64,000 bases of DNA from Octopus sinensis. Its lineage: Eukaryota. The stretch lies in the NCBI RefSeq assembly GCF_006345805.1, contig NC_042998.1, positions 35,464,001 through 35,528,000 of the forward strand, read 5' to 3'. Position 1 is the first letter of the stretch, and each line of letters begins with the position of its first letter. The notes beneath the pieces were generated by a model. That model had not been told where the DNA came from and ran no database searches. It saw only the letters and a list, made by a program, of their open reading frames with translations. This document shows positions 1 through 11,542 of this stretch, piece after piece. The translations under genes and the position numbers were made by a program.

Positions 1-262
1 CAAAAATTAAGTTAAAAAAAAAAAACAGGGAAAATAATCTAGAATCCTTATCCTGTACCAGATTGATCCGAAAATCTAATCAGTGCGTGCGAAGTTATGT
101 CGTGAATTTATTGTGGGATTGCTTTGCAGTTTACGAGGAGGTGGGCGTTTTATTGTTTTGAACTTTTGAAAATGTTATTTGTTGAAAGCATTTGGTTACT
201 TGTTGAAACCATTGTTGGATTATTTTTGAAAACTTTTTCTTTCGTGTGGGGAAGCTTGCATT

Positions 263-1588
263 ATGGCAAGCTCGAATGAACTAAATATAGAACGGTTATT
301 GAGTGAAGAGGAATTGGAAAGGATTGTGGAAAAAACATTAATAAAAGAAGAAACTGAGAATACCCCACCTAGACCATCGACGTCAAAAAAAATATTGACG
401 TTGCAAGTTTGTGTACAAAAGAAAAAAATGAGAAAATAAATCGAGAAAAACGGATTTTGCTGCTGCGGCAGGCACGAAAGTTAAAAAGCTTAACCTGAAC
501 AACATAGAAAAACACAAGGAATTATTAACGAAGGAGGGGAATGAAGTTAAAGTAGCCCCTCCAAAAGATATTCAACAAGATTTAGAGAAGAAAACTCTCA
601 TTTATAAGAAATACAAGGTGAAGGAAAAGAAGATAGACTATGTTGTGGGGAGTGAAATTGAGAAGTGTCTAAAGCCTATATGGCACCTGGGGAAATACGT
701 AAACAGAGGTAGGCGGTATGCAACCGTCGAAGTAAGAATGGAGTCAGCAGAGGCAGCCCGACTAAATTCAGTCGACCCTTTAAAAACCGAAGAGGTGGTA
801 CGTCAAGAGCTACAATAAGTAACATTCTCCCTGAGGTGAACCCAGAGTGGCTCGTCGCAGCAGTTATTATGGATCTAGAAGACAAAATATCCGTATTGGA
901 AGCTGCCATGATGGAGCCACGCAACTTACATGGCCAGGGCCTTCGAATTGTGATGCAAGCCGAGCAGACCACGCTGGAAGAAATAACAGAGATTATCGAG
1001 GTTGGTGAGACCCGATTTGGTGGTCGTGATAGAGGGTCGCCAACCTCGATGCTTCCAGTGTGGTAAAAAGGGCCACCTCAGGACGGACTGCAAGGCTAAT
1101 GAATCCGAGAAAGCAAAGGAAGTAGAAGAGAATGCAGCGACACCGGCGGAATGAATACCGATACCAGAGGAAAAAGCAGGGGAGGGGTGGGAACTGGTAA
1201 AGTACAAGAGAAAAATGAATCCACCCCCACCCCTGAAAAGGAAAGGGAAAAACAAAAAATAATATCTGAATCGAGACAATTTAAAAAACCAAGAAAGAGA
1301 GAAGAAAATTGCTACATAGCGGTTTGCAGCTCGAATCGAGATCTAGCGAACCGCCTGGCAGTGATTCATGCCAAAAAAATAGAAAACACAGAAAGTTCGA
1401 ACGGATTTGATATTTACAAGACTGATAAGAAAGGCTATAAAATGTTGGCTAACGAATTTCGCAAGGATGTAGGCCTTCTCAGAATGGACATTACCGATAA
1501 TCTATATGAGGGCCTCGTCACTCCGGCACCGCGAGCCCGACAAAAAGAAACAGAGACGGATAACCCTCCTTCTCCAGACACCGACTGA
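263..1588 (+). pseudogene. Frameshifted LINE ORF1 (gag-like nucleic-acid-binding protein)
   Basis: ATG at 263. Pieces lie in several frames (track ORFs 618-818, 836-1066, 1151-1588). VVIEGRQPR-CFQCGKKGHLRTDC (CX2CX4HX4C at 1050-1091) is typical of Tx1 ORF1. Confidence 0.8.
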
Positions 1589-1605
1589 GGTAAGTCGCTT
1601 TATTG

Positions 1606-2193
1606 GCTCTTCACGTAGGATTTATAAATGTACGTAGTCTGGCGTGGAGCTGGAAACAAGGACGTTTCCTAAATTACGTCTGAGCACGAGGTTAAGATGT
1701 CATTGTTGCTACTGAAACTCGTTTAAAAGGGCCAAGAGATCTGCTCCCGCTCCTGTGTGCCTACGAGGGGTTTACTTCGTCAGGCCCGCAGGGTGACAGG
1801 GTGGGGTGTTGGTCCTACTTAAAAGAAACCGAGTTTCAGAGAAAAAGTTGAATATTTTTCTGATGCAGAAGGTAGGCTGGTCGTTTTAGATCTGACGTTC
1901 GGTGGTGGTAAGGAAATCAAGCTGGTTGCAGTTTATGCACCTAATTCAAGTCAGACTGATTATTACTGAGATTTAGAGAAATTTCTCGGCACGTCACGTT
2001 CACTAGTTGTGTTAGGGGACTTTAACACTATTCTTGATGCGCGCGTGGATAGTGTTGGCTCGAAACCTAATTGAAAACCGAACATAGGCTTCCGGGATCT
2101 ACTAAGTCACTTTCAGCTAGTAGATTCCTACTAGAATTCCCGAACGCTCCATTGTGGACATGGTCAAATGGCGACGGGTCTTCTAGGTCTTAC
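1606..2193 (+). pseudogene. Truncated ORF2 apurinic-like endonuclease (APE/EEP) domain
   Basis: Manual translation gives FINVRSL, VIVATETRL, EGRLVVLD, LVAVYAPN, VVLGDFN, VDSY, WTWSN and SRSY, with stops and frameshifts. It breaks just before the expected (L/I)D motif. Confidence 0.85.
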
Positions 2194-2344
2194 ATTTTGT
2201 AATTACTGTTTGTAATATATTGTGTTGTAATTCATTCGACTTCATTATGCACGTAAACTTTTATTATATCATCCGTTTGTATGTGACCCCGATCATGTTG
2301 TGTTGTCCCCTCTATGTTGGCCCGCATAGGTAATATAAAAAACA

Positions 2345-2503
2345 GATCCCAAAATCTAATCAGTTCGTGCCAATCACGAGGCCAAACATCTCTGAAAGTT
2401 TCATTCGAATCCATCCCGCGGTTCTTGAGATATCTAGTCCACGGACCAACAAACAAACACGACTGAAAACAATGCCTCTGCCTTAGCGAAGGCGGAAGTA
2501 ATA
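2345..2503 (+). mobile_element. 3' part of a non-autonomous Helentron/HINE-like repeat interrupted by the Tx1 (5' part at 1-90)
   Basis: aagtttcattcgaatcc motif, (acaa)n tract and terminal stem-loop tctgcctt-agcg-aaggcgga-agtaat. The family assignment is from recalled architecture. Confidence 0.45.
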
Positions 2504-2699
2504 ACAGACCAAAATATAATCACCTCATAGACAGAAAGAGAATATTGTAACTGCTGGGGGGAGTGGAGTATCCAGTGTCCTAAAATCCTGTGAACTGGTA
2601 CCCATGTTAGAAATCTTTGGACTGGAAGAATCATTGGAGAATCGGACAAAATCATATTGGTATTTGCTCCTAGTCTACTTTCTAAGTTCTAACCTCATT

Positions 2700-3120
2700 A
2701 ACGCTAATTTTTCCTGCCTTTCTTTTAGGGTCAATAAAATAAGGTACGAGTTAAGTATTGGGGCCAATGTCATTGACTAACCTCCCGCTCCCCTAATAAT
2801 TTACTAGTTTTTATGCCTAAAGTAAAAGCAATTATTATTTTTGGTAAAATCGTGAGTGCGTCGAACAAAATGCCTTGTGGTTTACATTGAGTTATATTTT
2901 ACCATTTATGATTTCAGGATTAATAATTGTCAGAAGGCCGGACATGTTGTGTCTGTCTTTGCATTCTGAATTGAAATTACCCCGATGTCCACTTTGCCTT
3001 TTATCTTTTTGGGGTCAATAAAATAAGTACCAGCTGATTACTGTGGTCGATGTAATCGACTGACTCCCACCCCGCCCCCCGAACTTGCTGGCCTTGTAGC
3101 AAACTTTGAAACTAATAATT
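2700..3120 (+). mobile_element. Two decayed copies of SINE family M
   Basis: Degenerate ttgcctttcatcctttcggggtcgataaaataagtacc core at ~2715 and ~2994. Confidence 0.6.
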
Positions 3121-3929
3121 TAAGATAACATTCAAGTACTAGGGTCAGTCTGTCTATTCTAGCTGTCTTTTCCGAACAAATTTCAGTCTTGTATGTTTAG
3201 AAATAATCTTTTTTTCTTTCCTACGTCCTTTCCTCATTGCTTCATACGATTCTGTGCTTTGACCGTGTGTGTATGTATGTGCTTGTATTCATGTATGTTT
3301 GTGTGAGTGTGTACGTTTATATTTGTGTATGCGTATGTGTGAGCGCGCACACATGTGTGATATTTTTTTTATTGCTATTTATGTAATGTTTCCAATAATA
3401 CTGTTTTTTTTTGTATGCAAAATGTATGTCTAAACGTTGGGTGTTTGATTACATATTTTATTTCATCAAACATTCTACCTATTTTTGTATATAGATTGTT
3501 TCTGCTTTCAACGCCGACATTCAGGCTATTTCTTTTTCCACTCCTTTGGATGAGGAGAATCTCTCCAATTTTCTTCGCTGATATAATGTTATCTGCTGTG
3601 ATTGCTATGCCTACCAGAAGAAATTGTTTTTCATGATAGTTTTATGTAATAACATCTGTTCATGAGAACTGGCATCTACTTTTACTTTCACTTCCACACA
3701 TTCCTGTGATTTATATTAACATCACTTTCCTCCGATCGGAATTTTATAAAACAACGGTTTTTAATTGTTATTGTTGTTGTTTTAGCCTCAGATTGAATTA
3801 TGCTTCATTATTCAAGGAGCGACAAAATAATACCAATCGGTTTTGTATCGATTAAACTGACCCTCGCCTAATCTCAAAACGTATGATCTTATATCGATAT
3901 GAGAAACTATTACTAGCGTATGTCTAAAT

Positions 3930-4270
3930 CAGAGGTTCTCATCCTTTTCTTTTTTACCTGTGGACTCCTTATAATTACTATTCTATTCTGGTGGATCCCC
4001 ATAGCCTTTCGATGTTTTAAAACTAGTTTTATAGATAATTTCTTTCAAAACTATTTTTCACACTTTAACTTGTGGAGGTTGAACTATGTAAACGTGAGAA
4101 AAAGAATTCTGTTTCTTGCAATAAATACATCAAAAACAAAACTTTATCATTGGCCCTTAATATATCACTGTGTGTCCCCAATTTACTATTTTGCTTATGT
4201 GGGCAGCCACCCCAAAAAAAAATGATATGGACCCCTAAGGGGCCATGTGGACCTCAGTTGAGAACCACGT
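3930..4270. mobile_element. hAT (Charlie-like) MITE
   Basis: Ends cagaggttctca ... tgagaaccacgt. The 8-bp TSD-like flanks gtctaaat (3922-3929) and atctaaat (4271-4278) match the NTCTARAN pattern. Confidence 0.6.
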
Positions 4271-5098
4271 ATCTAAATGATTGAGTTACTTTTATTATGA
4301 TTATAATTTTGTTTTCGGGTTCATAATCTCCTCTTTACAAATTAGGAATTATTTTAACATTTGCATTTACTCTACGTTTTGGCTAGTTTTATTTCCTGTC
4401 GCCATCGAAAGTAGGCATAGAAGAGGATTTGATTCGAACTCAGAACTTTTCTTTCTCATTCCTTTTTAAAACTATAGAGTGTGCTCCTCCTTTGCAAGGA
4501 CACTAGCTGCTAGAAATATCAACCAAAATCTCCCTCAAAACACACACGCTTTTAAAAGGAAGATTACTTTGAATAAAACAGTCTGAATTTTAAAAAATGA
4601 AATGGTCACGGCTGGAATGTCATTGCCCATAGATCGGCTGGATCAGGGCTAACTTTGGCTGAAAATAAATATCAACAACGAACAAATGAAACGTCAGCAA
4701 ATCCATCAACAACAACAGCAGGCTTCATATGGCGCTGTTACGCCATCACCTTCAGTCAAAGTATCGCCGCTCCCAAACGAGAAGCAGATGAAGGCTGGAA
4801 AGACCATTGCTGGAGGTGAGCACCAGTGGAATGCCTTTAAGAGGATAGAAGAGGCTCTGAATTCACAAGGATCCAAAAGAAAAACTGTGTACAGTTTAGA
4901 AAGGGCAATCTTGATCTCCAACTTAAAGTGGAGGTTGTGTCATTAACACAGACTTCTACATTATTTATTTTGATAGGATCTTTCATACGGACTCGTGGTG
5001 AATAGAAACACACGTAATTATATCATTGGTAGGCGAAAATCGTCTACGATGACCGCCGGAACTGCCAGAATACGTGATTTTGGCCTCTTTGTGGCATT

Positions 5099-5336
5099 TC
5101 AGTGACAGACATCGGGTCACGTCATAACTGCCGAACCTCCCGTCAACGATGTATATAAATGTCGTCGCAAATAGCAAATGGGTTTATTTTTAAAAATTAA
5201 TAGCCACCGAAGTAGTATTAATACCAATAGCCTATTGGCTATTAACGGCACCAGTGCCTGAGTGGACGCTGATAATCTACATATCATTGATGGGAGATTG
5301 CTGGCTGTTATGACGCAACCGAATGTCTGTCACTGA
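5099..5336. repeat. Imperfect inverted repeat (MITE-like), ~60-bp arms
   Basis: tcagtgacagacatcgggtcacgtcataac... pairs with ...gttatgacgcaaccgaatgtctgtcactga. Confidence 0.6.
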
Positions 5337-5481
5337 GAGCTCGATTATTCGGATAATCCGGATAATTGGTTCCATATCTGCTCACCTGGATTCGTCGTAT
5401 AGCCACTCTTTAACCCGTGGAATTGGTCCCTCGTAAAGACATCGGAGTCTTAGTTCGAATCATTTGAGCGCTAGATGTGCC

Positions 5482-5532
<51 letters not shown>

Positions 5533-5806
5533 CAGAGAGAGAGAGAGAGAAAGGGAAATGTCCTACTTATTTGAAGACTATGGAAATATTTACAAACCAT
5601 TTCATTTAATTCTTTCTTCAATTTAATTGTTCTTCTTCTTAATTAATATCCACCTTTGTTTTACTCTTAGTTGAAAAAGTCAAAAAGGCAGAAACCGGTA
5701 CCAACCGTCACAAAATGTATTTCGTGATAAAATTATTTTAGCATTTTCTACCTTGTCTTATATTCCTTATATGTGTGTGTGTGAGTGAGAGAGAGAGTGT
5801 GTGTGT

Positions 5807-5841
<35 letters not shown>

Positions 5842-6053
5842 TGTGTGTGTGTGTATGTAGACCGGGGCTGTAGTAGAAGACACTTTCCCAAGATGCTACG
5901 CAATGTAACTGAACCCCAACTATGTGATTAGGAAGCAAATCTCTCACCACGAAGTCATTTCTGCGCCTATATTATATTATATTTATCATATAACATCTTT
6001 TCCCCCTTCCCAACACACATCGTGTTTTTGACCCTCTGATAGCAAATAAAGGC

Positions 6054-6109
<56 letters not shown>

Positions 6110-7903
6110 GTATTGCTAGTGGGGGGGGCGGTCCTTAGTTCTTTGATCCGTACACGTTTCATCTTCTTCAATGTTTTATGCCTGTGCAAGCTCATAACTA
6201 AAAACTCACAGCTCTCTTTCTTTCGACTGCAAAACTGAGAAACACTCCTCTACCGAATTATGGAACGCTAGCATTCTGGTAATGGCAATGGATTAAAAGA
6301 TAAAGCTTCTGGAAAATACGGCGTTTACGCATTTAGTCATTTATCTTATATTTTCAGATGCATTTCACTTTTCGTAAAAAGCAAAACGCGAAGAATGTTA
6401 ATGTACAATGAGAGAAAGAATTATTTTACCATTTGACACAGAGTGCTTTTTCGAATAAACCCGTCACTCTCCGATAAGTGGTTCTAAACTTTATGAATGT
6501 TTTGTTTTATTTTTTCTCGACACGTTAAAATTCTTTGTTTTTTTTCCCCCCTTTTCTTTTCATTTTATTGATTTTTTGCTGATGTAGTCTTTTCGAATTC
6601 TGGCGATTATCTCTTAGAGTGATTATATTCTATTAATTTTCCTTATTTTCCTTTAAAGAAAGTGAATATTGTTGATGATATATTTCAAGCTAACTACCCC
6701 CAAACGAAAGTTAGATCTATAAACATAAGAATGATTTGTATACTCATTCTCAATAATCGATTTACGATAAAAAGACACAACGCAGCTTTATATTGATCTC
6801 CCTCTTTTGTGTTAATGATTCAAAGCGGCGATTCGTTCGCATGTACTTATCCCTTGCCTTACGCCACTGAATTCAAGATTGGTTAGGCTGACCGAAATTT
6901 GTGTGCCATAACGGAAACAGCTGTAAGGTCTTTCCGTAGTTCTCATTGATCCGTAACACTACTTTGAAACTAAATTTCCAATGTGGACACCTACAAAGCC
7001 AGCGTTTGGGTGCAGCACGTCAAATATTGTTCTGATCTCTTTACAGATATTCTCTAAATTGTAAGATTCCGATTTTATATGGGTGTTGCTTCAATTTTAA
7101 GATTCTTATAGAAGATTATAAAGAAATAACTTGCAAGTAGATTATCTATAGTCAATTGATTTCTTATATAATAGGATGCGCCTTCCTGGAAATCGAAATC
7201 TTGCCATTATTGATTGATGACTACATTACTTAGAACAATCAGTCTTTTATCTTAATTCACTGGAATTAAACCTCGACATTTATAAAGGAATTTAGATTTG
7301 TACTACAAGTAATTAACTTCGTTTCGACAATACCAAATTTCTGTGACTGGAAAGTTCCGTTGTTAGCGAACATTAATTTTGGCGCTATCTCTTTCTCGTT
7401 CAAAGAAGATAACATACAAAATCACTAAGTATTATTTGCAATAATAAACATTAATAATTAATTAGCTGCACTGTATAACAATGATAAAAGCACAACCACA
7501 GACACAGAGGGCAGTTTGATCTATAAATTAATGCGCAAACATCTAAATGAAACCCAAATTGGGCAATCCTTATCCTGCACTACAGTAAACTTACAAGAAG
7601 GAGAAGTTAATGAAGACAACTACTCTGGCCATAGCATTAAACTTAACACAAAACGACTTATTTATAGCGTCATTATCCGACATAAGATTAGAGTGAGGAT
7701 TAAAGACTTCTCCCGATAAATAGTTGGCGTTATAATGAAATAAAGGAACCACTTTCCTCAACAAGTAAGGAATTCACTTTAACAATAGAATATGCATAGT
7801 CCCCCTCCACTGGGATTTGGGGCAATAATGCCGTTACTCAAATGCCCTACGGAATTTAGCATTACACATAGCATTCGTTTGTTTGGGTTAGGAAAATCTT
7901 AGA

Positions 7904-8278
7904 TGGCGGCAAGGTGGCAGAAACGTTAGCACGCCGGGCGAAATGCGTACCCGTATTTCGTTTGCCGCTACGTTCTGAGTTCAAATTACGCCAAGGTCGA
8001 CTTTGCCGTTCATCCTTTCGGGGTCGATTAAATAAGCACCAGTTACGCACTGGGGTCGATGTAATCGACTTAATCCGTTTGTCTATCCTTGTTTGGTAGT
8101 AAAGAAATAGGTATTTCGTCTGCCGTTACGTTCTGAGTTCAAATTCCGCTAAGGTCGACTTTGCCTTTCATCCTTTCGGAGTCGATTAATTAAGTACCAA
8201 TTACGTACTTGGGTCCATCTAATAGATTGACTCCTCCCAAAAAATTTCGGGCCTTTTGCCTAGAGTAGAAAAGATTCT
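7904..8278 (+). mobile_element. SINE family M dimer (tRNA-like head, core, shortened tail A, core, tail B)
   Basis: Head ggcggcaaggtggcagaaacgttagc, B-box-like gagttcaaatt, core gcctttcatcctttcggggtcgat, internal junction aaagaaata|ggtatttcg at ~8109. Confidence 0.85.
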
Positions 8279-8542
8279 TTAAATGGTGGCGAGCTGGCAG
8301 AAACGTTAGCAAGCCGGGCGAAATGTTTAGCGGTATTTTGTCTGTCTTGTGCTTAGTTTAGAAAAGTCCGACGCGTGTTGGTTTAACAGTCGGTAGTTCA
8401 ACAGTGAATACCAAGTATCGAACCTACGTCCGAGTAGTACGGAATGCGTTTCTGTGTTAACATGTATTTCTGCAATAAGTTATTGTTAGATTACCACAAT
8501 CAACTATTTATTTGCATAATATCATTTTATCGTGGCACTCCG

Positions 8543-8912
8543 TCGGTTGCAACGACGAGGGTTCCAATTGATCTGATCTATGGAACAGCCTGCTCGTGAA
8601 ATTAACGTACAAGTGGCTGAGCACTCCACAGACACGTGTACCCTTAACGTAGTTCTCGGGGGAGATTCAGCGTGACACAGAATATGACAAGGCTGGCCCT
8701 TTGAAATACAGGTACAACAGAAACAGGAAGAAAGAGTGAGAGAATGTTGTGGTGAAAGAGTACAGCAAGGTTCGCTGCAACCCCCTACCGGTGCCTCGTG
8801 GAGCTTTAGGTATTTTCGCTCAATAAACACTCACAACGCCCGGTCTGGGAATGGAACCCGCGATCCTACGACCGCGAGTTCGCTGCCCTAACCACTGGGC
8901 GATTGCGTTTCC
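8543..8912 (-). mobile_element. tRNA-derived SINE family R, full length
   Basis: Minus-strand head with A-box (cccagtggttagg) and B-box (ggttccattcc). Near-identical to copies at 26734-27081 and 53831-54170. Confidence 0.85.
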
Positions 8913-9105
8913 AATGCCATTTTACACCAGACGTGTATACCCACGTCATGACTCACAGTCAAACTTGCATCAAACAATTTTTACGAACAAAAATTTAAGA
9001 GTGATTCTGTGTGTCGGTTTGTCCGTAACAAAATATTTTCGTGATCATAGTAACTAAGTTTTCCCACGCAGAGAGACTGATTTCGACCAGCAGTAATACA
9101 TTCTT

Positions 9106-9290
9106 CAGTTCTATATTTAAGAGATGATGAATTATGTACATTTATTATATTATTTGCATTATTTACATTTGACGGATATCTGTCCTAGTTTTGTTTGTTG
9201 TTAACACAGCGTTTCGGCTGATATACCCTCCAGCCTTCATCAGATGTCTTGGGGAAATTTCGAACCTGGGTTCTCATTCCTAAGTTATTT
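9106..9290 (-). mobile_element. Penelope-like terminal repeat fragment with hammerhead motif
   Basis: Reverse complement of 10040-10215. Contains CTGATGA-aggctg...cagcc-GAAAC on the minus strand. Confidence 0.65.
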
Positions 9291-9309
9291 TTCGATGTTG
9301 ATATTATTC

Positions 9310-9371
<62 letters not shown>

Positions 9372-9858
9372 GAGAGAGCAGTGCATGCCATCAAAGTGAC
9401 ACTGGGGTAAAATGTACACTAGGCACATGCATCACAACCATATGAGCAAGACATGATGATCTCATATCACGATAAACATCACATGATCTTGCAGGTGGGG
9501 CCCAGTTAGAATTTTCTTCTGGTCGAGTAACCCATCCCACTCAAAAGGTCCCTGAATAACGGTTGTTTAAGGATGTTGAACGAAACACCCATGTTTCCAA
9601 AGGTGAATTATTCAAACCTCAAAGAATCCTTCTCAACACATGGCTTTGATGCTCCACCACTACTTCTACTCGTGATCAGAGATGCACATATCGTCAGCCA
9701 CTAAGGGACATGCTCAACTGGTTATGGTCAAACAACTGACAAACAAATCTGTGGTATCGAGCAGAATATTTGCTGTAACACATCTTTTATACCAAGACAA
9801 AACAATGTACATGTTAACACTTCTAATCAGTTAAGATCAGAAGCCACGAGAGCCACTG
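9372..9858 (-). mobile_element. Repeat inserted in a (TTA)n tract, probable 3' fragment of an R4/Dong-like LINE
   Basis: Bounded on both sides by (tta)n. A second partial copy at 30803-31093 also follows ttattatt. Dong elements are known to target TAA repeats. No coding motif was recognised. Confidence 0.4.
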
Positions 9859-9862
9859 ATTA

Positions 9863-9925
<63 letters not shown>

Positions 9926-9957
9926 TCACTGCTGAGTTTGATTCCATGCATTGACCC

Positions 9958-10027
<70 letters not shown>

Positions 10028-10039
10028 AACAACAACAAC

Positions 10040-10215
10040 AAAATACCTTAGGAATGAGAACGCAATTTCGAAATTCCCCAAGACACCTGATGAATGCTGG
10101 AGTATATATCAGCCGAAACGTTGTGTTAACAACGAACAAAATGAGAACAGATATTCGTCAAATGTAAATAATGTAAATAATGTACATAATTCCTCATCTC
10201 TTAAATATAGAACTG
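10040..10215 (+). mobile_element. Penelope-like terminal repeat fragment with hammerhead motif
   Basis: gacac-CTGATGA-atgctg...cagcc-GAAA-cgTT-gtgtt at 10082-10127. Confidence 0.65.
10082..10127 (+). ncRNA. Minimal type-I hammerhead ribozyme motif
   Basis: CUGAUGA and GAAA cores, stem I gacac/gtgtt, stem II gctg/cagc, palindromic minimal stem III (acgt). Confidence 0.65.
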
Positions 10216-10864
10216 TATTATGCATAAAACAATTTCAACTAACAAAAATTTTAAAGTGATTCCGTGTGTCGGTTTTTCGGTAACAAAATATTTCCGTGAT
10301 CATAGTAACTATGTTTTCCCACGCAGAGAGATTATTTCGACCAGCAGTTAAACATTTTTTTCTTGTCTTAATTTATTTACGAGTTAAATTATGATTTCCT
10401 GAGATATCAATTCAGTTCAGTGCGCTGCATTTTACCACCTGGAAAACTAATCAATTTTTCGCTTCTTCTGTTTGTCGTTATTCAGTCATTCATTTTTTTT
10501 TTATACCCGCCAACGTAAAAACATTCAAATTTTGTGAGATACGACATTGTCTAACTCTGTGTGTGTCTTTTTTTATCAAATATCTCACTCTTGTTGGGTT
10601 GAACACCTGCATAGGTTCGGCAGTTTATATAGATAATTTTTAACATCTTCCAGCACAAAAAAAATTCGTAGCAATACCAGGGTGCCACCATCATTACCAC
10701 CAATCCGTCTCCCCAGTTCCTTCTTGATAATATTTTAATATTCAATACCATTTTATATAGTCGATTGTTTTTTCTTTTTAGTTTAGTTTAACTTTTGTGC
10801 CAAACTCCTGATCCCACATTTATGTTCGAATGCGAGTGATCACCTTCAATTTCTTGAGAGTAAT

Positions 10865-11446
10865 AAGGCGGCGAGCTGGCAGAATCGTTAGCACGCCGGA
10901 CGAAATTCGTTGCCGTATTTCGTCTGCCGCTACGTTCTGAGTTCAAATTCCGCCGAGGTCGACTTTGCCTTTCATCCTTTCGGGGTCGATAAATTAAGTA
11001 CCAGTTACGCACTGGGGTCGATATAATTGACTTAATCCGTTTGTCTGTCCTTGTTTGTCCTCTCTGTGTTTGGTCCCTAGTGGGTAGTAAAGAAATAGGT
11101 ATTCCGTCTGCCGCTACGTTCTGAGTTGAAATTCCACCGAGGTCGACTTTGCCTTTCATCCTTTCGGGCTTGATAAATTAAGTACCAGTTGCGCACTGGG
11201 GTCGATATAATTGACTTAATCCGTTTGTGTGTCCTTGTTTGTCCTCTGTGTGTTTAGCCCCTTGTGGGTAGTAAAGAAATAGGTATTTCGTCTGTCTTTA
11301 CGTTCTTAGTTCAAATTCCGCTGAGGTTGACTTTGCCTTTCATCCTTTCGGGGTCGATAAATCAAGTACCAGTTGCGTACTGGCGCCGATCTAACCGACT
11401 GGCACCCTCCCGCTAAATTCCGGGTCTTGTGCCTAGACTAGAAAAT
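10865..11446 (+). mobile_element. SINE family M trimer with 17-bp TSD
   Basis: head-core-tailA-core-tailA-core-tailB. aatttcttgagagtaat is present on both flanks. Confidence 0.9.
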
Positions 11447-11542
11447 AATTTCTTGAGAGTAATTCCCTTGTCTTGCACATAAAAAGGTTTTATCGTTTCT
11501 CATGCTTGTGCAATATGGAACTAAAACAAGGTTCTTAATTCT

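Larger units (their letters stand above)
91..2344 (+). mobile_element. Tx1-like (L1 group) non-LTR retrotransposon, internally deleted (5'UTR, ORF1, APE part of ORF2, 3'UTR; RT missing)
   Basis: ORF1 carries a CCHC knuckle and is followed by APE motifs. The 3' end is A-rich (taatataaaaaa). It is flanked by gatccgaaaatctaatcagtgcgtgc (65-90) and gatcccaaaatctaatcagttcgtgc (2345-2370). Confidence 0.8.

Noticed and set aside
4686-4946. 86-aa ORF with a Q-rich start as a host exon
   Set aside because: The Q run derives from an (aac)n-like repeat tail. No recognisable domain or splice support.
7862-8099. Recurrent ORFs such as RPRKDERQSRPRRNLNSER and MKGKVDLGGI
   Set aside because: They are incidental frames of SINE family M, with no conserved start, stop or frame among copies.
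10867-11446. Regularly spaced repeats resembling a CRISPR array
   Set aside because: The units are ~185-bp SINE segments with no unique spacers, there are no cas genes, and the context is eukaryotic.
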